Positions 46,607 through 55,515 of a DNA stretch of 64,000 nucleotides are shown here, piece after piece. The DNA comes from an uncultured Woeseiaceae bacterium (GTDB lineage Bacteria; Pseudomonadota; Gammaproteobacteria; Steroidobacterales; Woeseiaceae), in assembly GCA_947258565.1 (NCBI GenBank), contig CAMYJB010000024.1, positions 7,553 through 71,552 of the forward strand, read 5' to 3'. The translations under genes and the position numbers were made by a program. The notes beneath the pieces are model-generated. The model was not told where the DNA came from, did not search any database, and worked only from the letters and a program-made list of their open reading frames with translations. The first letter of the stretch is position 1, and each line of letters opens with the position of its first letter.

Positions 46607-49264
46607 TCAGTCGAAGTACATCCGCAGCGTCAACCCGTACGTACGCGGCTGGTTCGGGTAGCCGCTGTAGCTGAACGGTACAGCCAGGTTCTGGAAGGTC
46701 GTCGGGAATGCACTCTGCAGGTACTCGTCGTCCGTCAGGTTGCGGCCCCAGAGCATTGCTTCGAAGCCGTTATCCCAACGCAGGCCGATGCTCGCGTTGA
46801 CCATGCTGACCTCGCGCGATGCGACGTTCGCCGGCACGTTGGAGATGACCTGCACCTCATCTTCGAAGTAGTACTCGGCACGCACGAAGCCGGACATGGT
46901 CGCACCGATGTCGAACGACCAGCGTGCCCAGGTATTGATGCTGGTCTCGCTGACACCCGGGACCTTGGTGCCGCTCAGGTCGGTGGGGCCGAAGATGCCC
47001 GGCGCGTTCTGGTAGTCGTCGTAAACCGGATCCAGGAATGTGCCCGCGATGAACCACTCGAAGTTCTCCGTGAGCGCCCAGAGCACGTCGATCTCGACGC
47101 CCGTCGTCGATTGTTTACCCGCGTTGACGAGGACGAAGCCGGTTCCCTGGAAGACGTTCTCCTGGAAGCCCTCGATTTCCTGATCGAAGACGGCCAGGTT
47201 GAACGACCAGTTGTCGAACGCGCCCTTGAGGCCGATCTCATACAGCGTGGAGTCCTCGGGTCCCGCGAAGCGGGTACCGGACTGCAGGTTGGGCACGCCG
47301 AGGCCTGCGTCGACGAGTTCCTGGGCGTCGAATGGCAACGAGTCGCGCGACAGGTTCCACGACGTGGCTTTGAAGCCGGTGCCGGCGCTGACATAGCCAT
47401 TCAGCTGGTCGGTGATGTCGTAAGCAAAGCGTGCCGTCCAGGTCGTCTGATCGTCCTTCGAGTTACCGGGCTCGACCGAGTTCGGGAAATTGGCGAAAGG
47501 TGGCAGAATCTGCACCGCCTGCAGGGGCAGGAACGGGTTGCAGATTTCGCCGGGTGCGCCGGTGCACTCCACGCCCTTGAACTGGTTTGCAACATCCAGT
47601 GCGGCCGCCTGACAGGCTGGCAGTCCAATAACGCCGCAAGTGCCATCGTCGATCAGGCTCTGCAATGTCGCCCCGAAGATCAACGGCTCGCCGATGTCGT
47701 CTTCCAGATCGACCCAGGAAAAGACGTTGTCGTTCGCCGTGCTGACAGAAACGTCCTTCTCGTCCTCGGTGTAGTTGATGCCGAGCGTCACGGTCGCGCG
47801 GTCCGTCAGGGCAAAGTCGACCTGTGCGAACAGCGAGAGCGCCTGGTTGTCCAGCAGGCCCGTCTCGATCGTGCCCTGGCCGGTCGCGAGGAAGCTTCCC
47901 GGGCCGATAGGACCGACACCCACGCTCTCACCGAGGCCCGGCGCGAGACCGAAGCCGGCAATCGTCTGCTCGAGCAGGAGCACCGGCGACGGCACGGCGG
48001 GATCCAGGACTTGCGGCAACGTGTACGCGCCGGATTCAACACCCGCCAGTTTGGTCATCGTATCGACGTAGGGCCGTGCGCCTGCACCGAACAACACGCC
48101 GCTGTTCTGCTCGACGTCCTCGTCGAACCAGAACGCGCCGACCAGCCAGTCCATTTTATCGGTCGAACCCGACAGCCTGAATTCCTGGGTGAGGGTCTCC
48201 AGCGTGGTGTCGGTCAGGTTGGCCGCGGTTTCGTTCAGCAATTCCGCAGTCGTGAAATCGCCGTCGGAGTTGTCGAAGCGCTCCAGGTTACGGAAGGCCG
48301 TGATCGACGTCAGCAAGACCGCATCGCTCAAATCCCAGTCGAGCTGCAGCGACACGCCACTGTTCTCGATCTCGTTGACGGCGTCGAAGTTGAAGATTCC
48401 GTTGTAGGAAAACGGCTGCTCGGCGATGTAGTCGCCGCCGACGCCCGGCGAGCGAATACCGATCGCCGCGATGCCTTCGGCAAGGTTTGCCACGCCGCAG
48501 CAGTTCTCGTCGATCTTGTCGTAGTCGGCGATGAAGCGGGCCTCGAAGGTGTCCGAGGGTGCCCACAGCAGCTGTCCGCGCGCGCCGTAGCGGTTCAGCT
48601 CGTTGAATTCGGTGCCCGTTTCCAGGTTGGTGAAGTAGCCGTCGCGCTGGTTGTAGTTGCCGGACAGGCTCCAGCCGAAGGTATCCGAGAGGGGACCGGT
48701 TACGTCGCCCTTCACGATCACCTGGCTGTAGTCACCGTATGTCAGGGACGCAGACCCGGAGTAGGCGTCGAGGGACGGTTTTGCCGTCACGACATTGATG
48801 ACGCCGGCAGACGCATTCTTGCCGAACAGCGTGCTCTGGGGTCCCTTGATGACCTCGATGCGCTCGAGATTCGGGAAGTCGGCGATGCTGGCTGCCGAAC
48901 GCGACCGGTAGACACCGTCCACGAAGACACCCACGGACGGCTCGACACCCGCGTTGTTGGCGCCGTTGCCGAAGCCGCGGATCAGGAATGTCGCGTTGGC
49001 GCTCGACTGCAGCTGGCTGACCCGCAGCGAGGGCACGAGAAACTGCAGGTCCTTGATGTCCAGCACCTGAGCGTCGTTCATGACGTCGGCGGACACAACC
49101 GCTACCGCTACCGGAACTTCCTGCAGCGTCTGCTCGCGTTTCGTCGCGGTAACGAGAATTTCTTCGAAAATGGCCACGTCCGACTGCTGCTGAGCGAAGA
49201 CGGGCATGGCGACGATTATGGCGATCAGGGTCAGGACGCCACGAGAAATGGTCTTGATAGTCAT
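46607..49264 (-). CDS. TonB-dependent receptor
   Basis: Signal peptide; EEILVTATKREQTLQEVP; plug IRGFG...VFVDGVY...IEVIKGPQSTLFGKNASAG; C-terminal PRTYGLTLRMYF. Confidence 0.96.
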   Translation of the reverse strand: MTIKTISRGVLTLIAIIVAMPVFAQQQSDVAIFEEILVTATKREQTLQEVPVAVAVVSADVMNDAQVLDIKDLQFLVPSLRVSQLQSSANATFLIRGFGNGANNAGVEPSVGVFVDGVYRSRSAASIADFPNLERIEVIKGPQSTLFGKNASAGVINVVTAKPSLDAYSGSASLTYGDYSQVIVKGDVTGPLSDTFGWSLSGNYNQRDGYFTNLETGTEFNELNRYGARGQLLWAPSDTFEARFIADYDKIDENCCGVANLAEGIAAIGIRSPGVGGDYIAEQPFSYNGIFNFDAVNEIENSGVSLQLDWDLSDAVLLTSITAFRNLERFDNSDGDFTTAELLNETAANLTDTTLETLTQEFRLSGSTDKMDWLVGAFWFDEDVEQNSGVLFGAGARPYVDTMTKLAGVESGAYTLPQVLDPAVPSPVLLLEQTIAGFGLAPGLGESVGVGPIGPGSFLATGQGTIETGLLDNQALSLFAQVDFALTDRATVTLGINYTEDEKDVSVSTANDNVFSWVDLEDDIGEPLIFGATLQSLIDDGTCGVIGLPACQAAALDVANQFKGVECTGAPGEICNPFLPLQAVQILPPFANFPNSVEPGNSKDDQTTWTARFAYDITDQLNGYVSAGTGFKATSWNLSRDSLPFDAQELVDAGLGVPNLQSGTRFAGPEDSTLYEIGLKGAFDNWSFNLAVFDQEIEGFQENVFQGTGFVLVNAGKQSTTGVEIDVLWALTENFEWFIAGTFLDPVYDDYQNAPGIFGPTDLSGTKVPGVSETSINTWARWSFDIGATMSGFVRAEYYFEDEVQVISNVPANVASREVSMVNASIGLRWDNGFEAMLWGRNLTDDEYLQSAFPTTFQNLAVPFSYSGYPNQPRTYGLTLRMYFD

Positions 49265-49476
49265 TGGATCCCCCACCAGAGGTTGGCAAAAGCCTATAGA
49301 TTTCCTGAGGATATGCGATCCAATTCAGGTAAGCAATAGCACGAATCACAGTATGAGCGGCGGGCTTGTTCCGGTTCTTGGAGCAGTCGCAGCAACCGCG
49401 GTTCAATGTCCCGAACAGCTTTCTTCACGGCCTCTTCGTTTCCGCGGGTCCGGGTATTCTTCCGGCGCAATTCAAG

Positions 49477-50610
49477 CTAGCTGGCTTGCCTGATTTCATG
49501 GCGTGGCGTCACGCCGATATTTTCGATCAGGAAGCGGGTGACAGCTTTGCACGAATGCTGGCGCGCCCATGCGTCGCGCTGTCGTTCGGCGCCATTCCGG
49601 GTGATAGCCGAGCGCTCCAGGGCCGCCAGCAATTCGCTATCGCCCAGGTTCTCAGCTTCGCGCCTCGATAAATCGAACAACTGCTCGAGGGTCTGCATCA
49701 ACGGCTCGGTCTCACCGCTCCCGGAGACAATGACGGGCGCGCCGAGGCCCCACTTGCAGGCGCGGAAGTGGTTCTCGAGTTCCATCCAGTGCGGAAGCCG
49801 GGCCGGAAATGCCGAGTCGGGCATCTTCGGGTCTTCTGCGACGACAACCAGGGCACGTACGAATGCGGCGATTTGCGCAATGCGTTGCGCATCTACCTGA
49901 GCGTCGAATACGCGTATCTCGAGTGTGCCGAGGTCACCGTGCGGGCGCACATCCCAGTGCAGGTCGCGAAAACTCTCGACGGTCCGGGAACGAACAGCGG
50001 CGCTCAGCATGCGATTGAAGTGCGCCCAGGATTCGAAATACGGCGGCAATCCGTAGGTCGGATTCGACGCCAGCAGGCGCTGCCGGAAACACGAGTAGCC
50101 CGTGTCGACGCCGTGCCAGAAAGGCGAATTGGCACCGATCGCGAGCAGGACCGGCAGACAGGGCGCAACGCGGCGCATCGCACGGATCGCCGCGTCGCCG
50201 TCCCGGCAGGCGACATGGATGTGCGTCGCGAAGGTGACGGGGTGCAGCGCCGCAGCCCCGCTTCGTTCTCCGGACAGGCGCAGGTAACGCTCCGACGGCG
50301 TGACGATTGCAGGCTTGCGATCGAACGGATGCGTGCCCGCTGCCGCGAGCCGGAGACCCAGCGGCCTCGCGTGCGCATCGATGCGTGCCAGCACCGAGCC
50401 GAGTGATGGTTCGAGATCAGCCGCCGTCTCGCACGGTGGTGTATTGATTTCAATGCAGCACTGCAGGAATTCCGGCTTGATCAGCGCGTGCTCGCCGAGT
50501 TCTTCGGAGAAGGCCAGGATTCCGTCAGCAAGCTCGAGCGAGTCATCGCGAAGAAGCTGGAGTTCCCATTCGCAGCCCAGTGTCGGATTCGCCTGGGGAA
50601 CGAACTTCAT
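49477..50610 (-). CDS. YbdK-family carboxylate-amine ligase (GCS2)
   Basis: TLGCEWELQL, IEINT, AAGTHPF, HIHV, ANSPFW.G.DTG, WDVRP, TLEIRVFD. Confidence 0.92.
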   Translation of the reverse strand: MKFVPQANPTLGCEWELQLLRDDSLELADGILAFSEELGEHALIKPEFLQCCIEINTPPCETAADLEPSLGSVLARIDAHARPLGLRLAAAGTHPFDRKPAIVTPSERYLRLSGERSGAAALHPVTFATHIHVACRDGDAAIRAMRRVAPCLPVLLAIGANSPFWHGVDTGYSCFRQRLLASNPTYGLPPYFESWAHFNRMLSAAVRSRTVESFRDLHWDVRPHGDLGTLEIRVFDAQVDAQRIAQIAAFVRALVVVAEDPKMPDSAFPARLPHWMELENHFRACKWGLGAPVIVSGSGETEPLMQTLEQLFDLSRREAENLGDSELLAALERSAITRNGAERQRDAWARQHSCKAVTRFLIENIGVTPRHEIRQAS

Positions 50611-51800
50611 GGCTCGGCCGAAGCGTAATGGCGCAATGCCCAGCGCGCGATTGCGTCGAAAAATTCTGCGCCGATCGGCAGGACGTCCTCGTCAATGTCG
50701 AAGCGTGGGCTGTGCAGCGGGATGGGTTCCCAATCCGGGCGCCGCGCGCCGAGGCGGAAGAAGGCGCCGGGCACGTGCTGCAGGTAGTAGGAGAAATCCT
50801 CGGAGCCCATGCTTGCGTGTGGTGACGTCCTGAGCGCATCCTGGCCGTACACGCTGCGAACGCAGTCCCTGACAAGTTTGACTTCCGCGTCCGTGTTGAT
50901 GACCGGCGGATAGCCTTCATTGAGTTCGAGATGGATCTCCGCATCGTGCAGTTCGCCCATGGCCTCGACCATGCGGCGGATGCCTTTGTGGATGTGCTCG
51001 CGCGTGTCGGGGAAGGTCGTGCGAATCGTGCCCTCCAGCCGGGCCGATTCCGCAATGACATTGGCGGCCGTTCCGGCCTCGATTTTGCCGACCGTAACGA
51101 CCGACGGATGCACAGGATTGGTCTGGCGCGAGACCAGCGTCTGCAGCGTGGTAATCAGCAGCGACGCGATCACAACCGCATCGATCGCCTCGTGTGGTCG
51201 TGCACCGTGACCGCCCCTGCCCCTGATAGTGATGTGGAAACGGTCCGACTGCGCCGTCATCGCCCCTTTCCGTATCATGATCTTGCCGGTCGGCCATTCG
51301 TGGGTGACGTGGCCGCCGAAAATGGCGCGCACGCCGTCGAGCGCACCGGCGTCGATCATCACACGTGAGCCGCCGCCGCGTTCCTCGGCGGGCTGGAACA
51401 CGACTACCACGTTGCCGTCGGGTGGGTTCTGGGCCAGCGTCGCTGCGGCGCCCAGGACCATGGTCATGTGCGCATCGTGGCCGCACGCGTGCATGCGGTC
51501 GGAGTAGACCGAGCGGTAGGCCGGATCAGTAAGGTCGCTGCCGGGGAGTGCGTCGAGCTCGGCGCGTAACGCGACCGTCGGCAGCGCCGGGTCGGTCGTA
51601 ATGCGCCCGATGATGCCGCCACCGGGTCCCGGGTACGAGCAGGGGATGTCGAGGCGCTTCAGTTCGGCAACCACCCGTGCGGCCGTCTCGGCTTCGCCAA
51701 AAGACAGCTCCGGATGCCTGTGCAGCCAGCGTCTCAGTTCGACGGCGTGGCGTCGCCGGGCGTCGACGTCAGCCGGCAATTTTTCAGCCAGTTCAGTCAC
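50607..51800 (-). CDS. M20D-family amidohydrolase (hippurate hydrolase/aminoacylase-like)
   Basis: LHRHPELSF.E, RAELDAL, MHACGHD, FQPAEE, GGHGARPH, GSEDF, LHSPRF; GTG start after GGAGG; ATGA overlap with the ligase. Confidence 0.93.
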   Translation of the reverse strand: MTELAEKLPADVDARRRHAVELRRWLHRHPELSFGEAETAARVVAELKRLDIPCSYPGPGGGIIGRITTDPALPTVALRAELDALPGSDLTDPAYRSVYSDRMHACGHDAHMTMVLGAAATLAQNPPDGNVVVVFQPAEERGGGSRVMIDAGALDGVRAIFGGHVTHEWPTGKIMIRKGAMTAQSDRFHITIRGRGGHGARPHEAIDAVVIASLLITTLQTLVSRQTNPVHPSVVTVGKIEAGTAANVIAESARLEGTIRTTFPDTREHIHKGIRRMVEAMGELHDAEIHLELNEGYPPVINTDAEVKLVRDCVRSVYGQDALRTSPHASMGSEDFSYYLQHVPGAFFRLGARRPDWEPIPLHSPRFDIDEDVLPIGAEFFDAIARWALRHYASAEP

Positions 51801-51880
51801 TTGAGCCTCCCTGCCGGCATAGTTCAGGCTACCTGACGGGGACCGGTGTGGCTATACGAGCATGTGCCTAGTTCGGATGC

Positions 51881-51924
51881 TTTGTGTACATATAACACTG
51901 TTCTTCGTGTGCTTTAGATACTAA
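51881..51924. promoter_or_regulatory. Two tandem NrtR-type operators
   Basis: tttGTGT-acatata-ACACtgt (51881-51901) and ttcGTGT-gctttag-ATACtaa (51904-51924), both with a GT-N7-AC-like core, just upstream of nrtR. Confidence 0.65.
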
Positions 51925-51933
51925 GATATCATC

Positions 51934-52578
51934 ATGCCGTACACCTATGATCATCCGCATCCGGCTGTCACGGTCGACGTCGTGGTCTTTGCGATCAGCG
52001 ACGGGCGCCTCGCGGTCGTCCTGATCCGGCGCGCCCAGTGGCCGCACGCCGGCAAGTGGGCGATACCGGGCGGATTCGTCGGCATTGACGAGAGCCTGAA
52101 GCGCGCGGCCTGGCGGGAGCTGAGAGAGGAAACCGGGCTCAAGGCCGGCCACCTCGAGCAACTCGGCGCGTTCGGTCGTCCGGACCGTGACCCGCGCGAA
52201 CGGGTGATCACGGTTGTCTACATCTCACTCGCGGCTGTCGATCGGCTGCGGCTGGAAGCGGGCAGCGATGCGGCAGACGCGAAGCTGTTTTTCGTCGACG
52301 AATTGCCGGAACTCGCTTTCGATCATGCCCGGATACTGGGGCATGCGGTCGAGCGCCTGCGGGACAGGCTTGATACGCAAGGCGTCGTGCAACGATTGAT
52401 GCCGCAAAGTTTTACGTTGACGGAATTGCAGCGGGCTTGCGAATCCATCAGCGGGGCACCGACCGACAAACGGAACTTTCGCAAGAAACTCAGGGCGCTC
52501 GATGCCGTGGAACCGACAGGCGAGGTCCGGCGTGACGGCCCGCACCGCCCTGCGCAACTCTACCGCGCAAAGCGGTAG
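51934..52578 (+). CDS. nrtR: NrtR-family Nudix/wHTH regulator
   Basis: P.VTVDVVVF, intact Nudix box GFVGIDE-SLKRAAW-RELREETGL, RDPRERV, LAFDH, FTLTELQ, DKRNFRK, HRPAQLY. Confidence 0.9.
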   Translation: MPYTYDHPHPAVTVDVVVFAISDGRLAVVLIRRAQWPHAGKWAIPGGFVGIDESLKRAAWRELREETGLKAGHLEQLGAFGRPDRDPRERVITVVYISLAAVDRLRLEAGSDAADAKLFFVDELPELAFDHARILGHAVERLRDRLDTQGVVQRLMPQSFTLTELQRACESISGAPTDKRNFRKKLRALDAVEPTGEVRRDGPHRPAQLYRAKR

Positions 52579-52669
52579 CAACGTGCCCGGGCGCGCGAGT
52601 CGTCGCCCGGGCGGGATTTTTCGAGGTCGGCAAGCCCGCCTGTGACGGCAGGCTCGCACGTCGGGAGTG

Positions 52670-53005
52670 CTAATCCTCCAGGTCGACGACTTTTGCGTCT
52701 GCAGCGTTCCTGGCGACGCTGCCGATACCGTTGTCGCGTCCGGATTCAGAGTCGTAACTCTGACTCACGCCGATAACCTGGCCGTTGGAAGCCTTCAGGT
52801 TGAAGCGGAACTTGCCGCCGGCCGTCTGCGTCTTGTCGAAACGCTCCGGAATGGCGGCATTCTTGCGAACGGATTCGATCCCGTTATCGCAGCTTCTCTT
52901 GCTGCTGTAGCCTTCGCTCGACAGGATGGTTTCACCATTGCCTGCTTTCAGTCGAAAACGGTGCTCGCCCGCCTTGTCTTTGTAACATTCGAATTTGCCT
53001 GCCAT
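52670..53005 (-). CDS. yegP: YegP family protein (tandem DUF1508)
   Basis: Two repeats: RFRLKAGNGETILSSEGY..NGIESV and RFNLKASNGQVIG.SQ.Y..NGI.SV. Confidence 0.92.
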   Translation of the reverse strand: MAGKFECYKDKAGEHRFRLKAGNGETILSSEGYSSKRSCDNGIESVRKNAAIPERFDKTQTAGGKFRFNLKASNGQVIGVSQSYDSESGRDNGIGSVARNAADAKVVDLED

Positions 53006-53195
53006 ATCAAACCTGCTCCTTCATGTTTTTGTGATTGATGCCAACGGCATCCTCTGGGTTGCGGTAATCGCGAGACGGAATATAACGCGACCAGCCGTGG
53101 GTACACAAAGTCCTTGCAGGATGCCTTGCCCGCCGCGAGTCTTTGCGCCACAGTATGCGGCGTGCCTGCTCCGGGCACATGACAGAGGACTCGAT

Positions 53196-53852
53196 TTGCT
53201 GCCAGAGCTCACTGACAAGGAAGCCCGCGTCATCGGTTGCCTGATTGAAAAGTCCGTCGTGACGCCTGATCAATACCCATTGACGCTCAATTCGCTGACC
53301 AACGCCTGCAACCAGAAATCGTCTCGCGACCCGGTCATGAATCTTTCGCAAGGCGAGGTCCAGCATACGATTCGTGATCTCGAGGCCAAGCACCTCGTGC
53401 GTACGGATGAGAACTTCAAGAGCCGCACCGAGAAATACGTGCAGCGCTTCTGCAATACCCGTTACAGCGATTTCCAATTCGACGACGCTCAACTCGCAAT
53501 CGTGTGCCTGTTGCTGTTACGTGGCCCGCAGACGCCCGGCGAGCTCCGCTCTCGCAGCGGCCGGTTGCACACGTTTGCAGACAATTCCGACGTCGTGGCC
53601 GCGCTGACGAGCCTGATCGAGCGTGAGGGCGCGCCGCTGCTGGTCAGGCTTCCGCGGACGCCGGGCCGCAAGGACTCCGAGTACATGCACCTGTTTTCAG
53701 GGCCTGTGGATGTCGAGGCCTACGCGAGCCAGGCGCCTGCCGAGCGGTCGTCCTCGAGCCGGGCCAGCGTCCCGGATCTCGCCGAACGGGTCAGCAGGCT
53801 CGAAGCGGAGCTCGCCGCCATCAAGGAACAGCTCGGCATCGAGGATGACTGA
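53196..53852 (+). CDS. yceH: YceH/DUF480 family protein
   Basis: EARVIGCLIEK..TPDQYPLTLNSL.NACNQKSSRDPVM, LLLRGPQTPGELR; TTG after GAGGA. Confidence 0.92.
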   Translation: MLPELTDKEARVIGCLIEKSVVTPDQYPLTLNSLTNACNQKSSRDPVMNLSQGEVQHTIRDLEAKHLVRTDENFKSRTEKYVQRFCNTRYSDFQFDDAQLAIVCLLLLRGPQTPGELRSRSGRLHTFADNSDVVAALTSLIEREGAPLLVRLPRTPGRKDSEYMHLFSGPVDVEAYASQAPAERSSSSRASVPDLAERVSRLEAELAAIKEQLGIEDD

Positions 53853-53858
53853 TACGCC

Positions 53859-55469
53859 GTGAAGCCCAGCACGCTACGGATCGGTTACCGGTACCGCCCC
53901 AAGCGTCTTGCGCCGGCCTATGACGCGATCGTCATAGGCTCCGGCATGGGCGGATTGACGACCGCGGCATTGCTTTCCGAACTCGGCTGGCGCGTTTGCG
54001 TCCTGGAACAGCACTACACGGCGGGCGGCTACACCCATTCGTACGAACGCAACGGCTACGAATGGGACGTCGGCGTGCACTACATTGGCGACGTCGGCAC
54101 GCAGACTCGCACCCGCAGGATGTTCGACTTCCTCTCCGGCGGCAAGCTCGCGTGGGCGGCGATGGCGGACGAATACGACCGCTTCTACATCGGTGACCGG
54201 GTCTTCAATGCGATGGCCGGCAAGCAGGCATTTCGCGACAACCTGGTCCGTCAGTTCCCGAACGAAGAACACGCCATCGATGCCTACATGGACCTCCTGC
54301 GGCAGGTCGGCCGGGCGCTGAGCGATCTCGGCATGGAGAAGGTCCTGAGGCCATGGCAACGCAAACTGGCCGCGCCCGTCGTGAAGCTGCGAACGCCGGG
54401 ATTCATGTATCGCAGCACCTACGAGGTGCTCAGTGAACTGACGCAAGACCCGGACCTCATCGCGACGCTCTGCGGGCAATGGGGCGACATGGGCCTGCCG
54501 CCGAAGCAGTCCGCGTTCATGGTGCACGCGATGATCGCGAGGCATTATCTTTACGGCGGCTTCTACCCGGTCGGCGGCAGCTGGCAAATCGCGGACAGCA
54601 TTATCCCGAAAATCCAGGCCGCCGGTGGCGAGGTGTTCACCTACGCGCGGGTCGCCAGGATCCTCGTGGAGGACGACGCGGTAACGGGCGTCGAGATGGC
54701 AGACGGCCATCGAATCGATTGCGGTACCGTGATCTCGTCCGCCGGTATTGCCAATACCTTCGAGAGCCTTCTGCCTGCCGGTGTTGCCGAGCGATACGGC
54801 TACGCGAACAAACTGGACGCCGTCCGGCCGAGCTTTGCGCATCTCGGGGTTTATATCGGGCTTAAGGGGACCGCCGACGAGCTCGGCCTGCCCAGGACCA
54901 ACTTCTGGATCTATCCGCACAATGACTACGACGCGGCCGTCGAGACGTTCGTGAAGGACAGGCACGCCGAATTCCCGGTCGTTTATATCTCGTTCCCGTC
55001 GGCAAAGGACCCCGATTACCTCAACCGTCACCCGGGCACGGCCACCGTCGAAATCGTCGCCCCGGCACCCTATGAGTGGTTCGAACCATGGCAGGGCACG
55101 ACCTGGGGCAAGCGCGGCGAGGACTACGACGCGTTCAAGCAACACCTGGGCGAGCGCCTGCTGCAGCATCTCTACGACAAGCTGCCGCAGCTGCAGGGCA
55201 AGGTGGATTACTACGAAGTCTCGACGCCGCTCTCGACCGAGTGGTTTGCCGCGTATCGGCGCGGCGAACTCTACGGGCTGGACCACACCGTGGAGCGATT
55301 CAGGCAGGACTGGCTGGGCCCGCGAACGCGCATTCCGGGCTTGTGGCTGACCGGGCAGGACACGCTGACCTGCGGCGTAACGGGTGCGATGATGTCGGGC
55401 CTGCTGACGACGATGGCGATGGTCGGCATGCGCCGGATGGCCCCCCTGATGAAGCAGATTTACTCGTAG
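53859..55469 (+). CDS. Phytoene desaturase/retinol saturase-family FAD oxidoreductase
   Basis: VIGSGMGGL, LEQHYTAGG, WDVGVHY, ISFPSAKDP, STPLS, LYGLDH, GLWLTGQD. Confidence 0.88.
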   Translation: MKPSTLRIGYRYRPKRLAPAYDAIVIGSGMGGLTTAALLSELGWRVCVLEQHYTAGGYTHSYERNGYEWDVGVHYIGDVGTQTRTRRMFDFLSGGKLAWAAMADEYDRFYIGDRVFNAMAGKQAFRDNLVRQFPNEEHAIDAYMDLLRQVGRALSDLGMEKVLRPWQRKLAAPVVKLRTPGFMYRSTYEVLSELTQDPDLIATLCGQWGDMGLPPKQSAFMVHAMIARHYLYGGFYPVGGSWQIADSIIPKIQAAGGEVFTYARVARILVEDDAVTGVEMADGHRIDCGTVISSAGIANTFESLLPAGVAERYGYANKLDAVRPSFAHLGVYIGLKGTADELGLPRTNFWIYPHNDYDAAVETFVKDRHAEFPVVYISFPSAKDPDYLNRHPGTATVEIVAPAPYEWFEPWQGTTWGKRGEDYDAFKQHLGERLLQHLYDKLPQLQGKVDYYEVSTPLSTEWFAAYRRGELYGLDHTVERFRQDWLGPRTRIPGLWLTGQDTLTCGVTGAMMSGLLTTMAMVGMRRMAPLMKQIYS

Positions 55470-55515
55470 GTCACGGCCCGTATACTGTCCGGCAATTACG
55501 CGGAGGGACTCCAGG

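Noticed and set aside
46466..49339. 957-aa plus-strand ORF
   Set aside because: It is the antisense shadow of the TonB receptor gene. High-GC codon bias suppresses stops on the opposite strand and the translation has no recognisable motifs.
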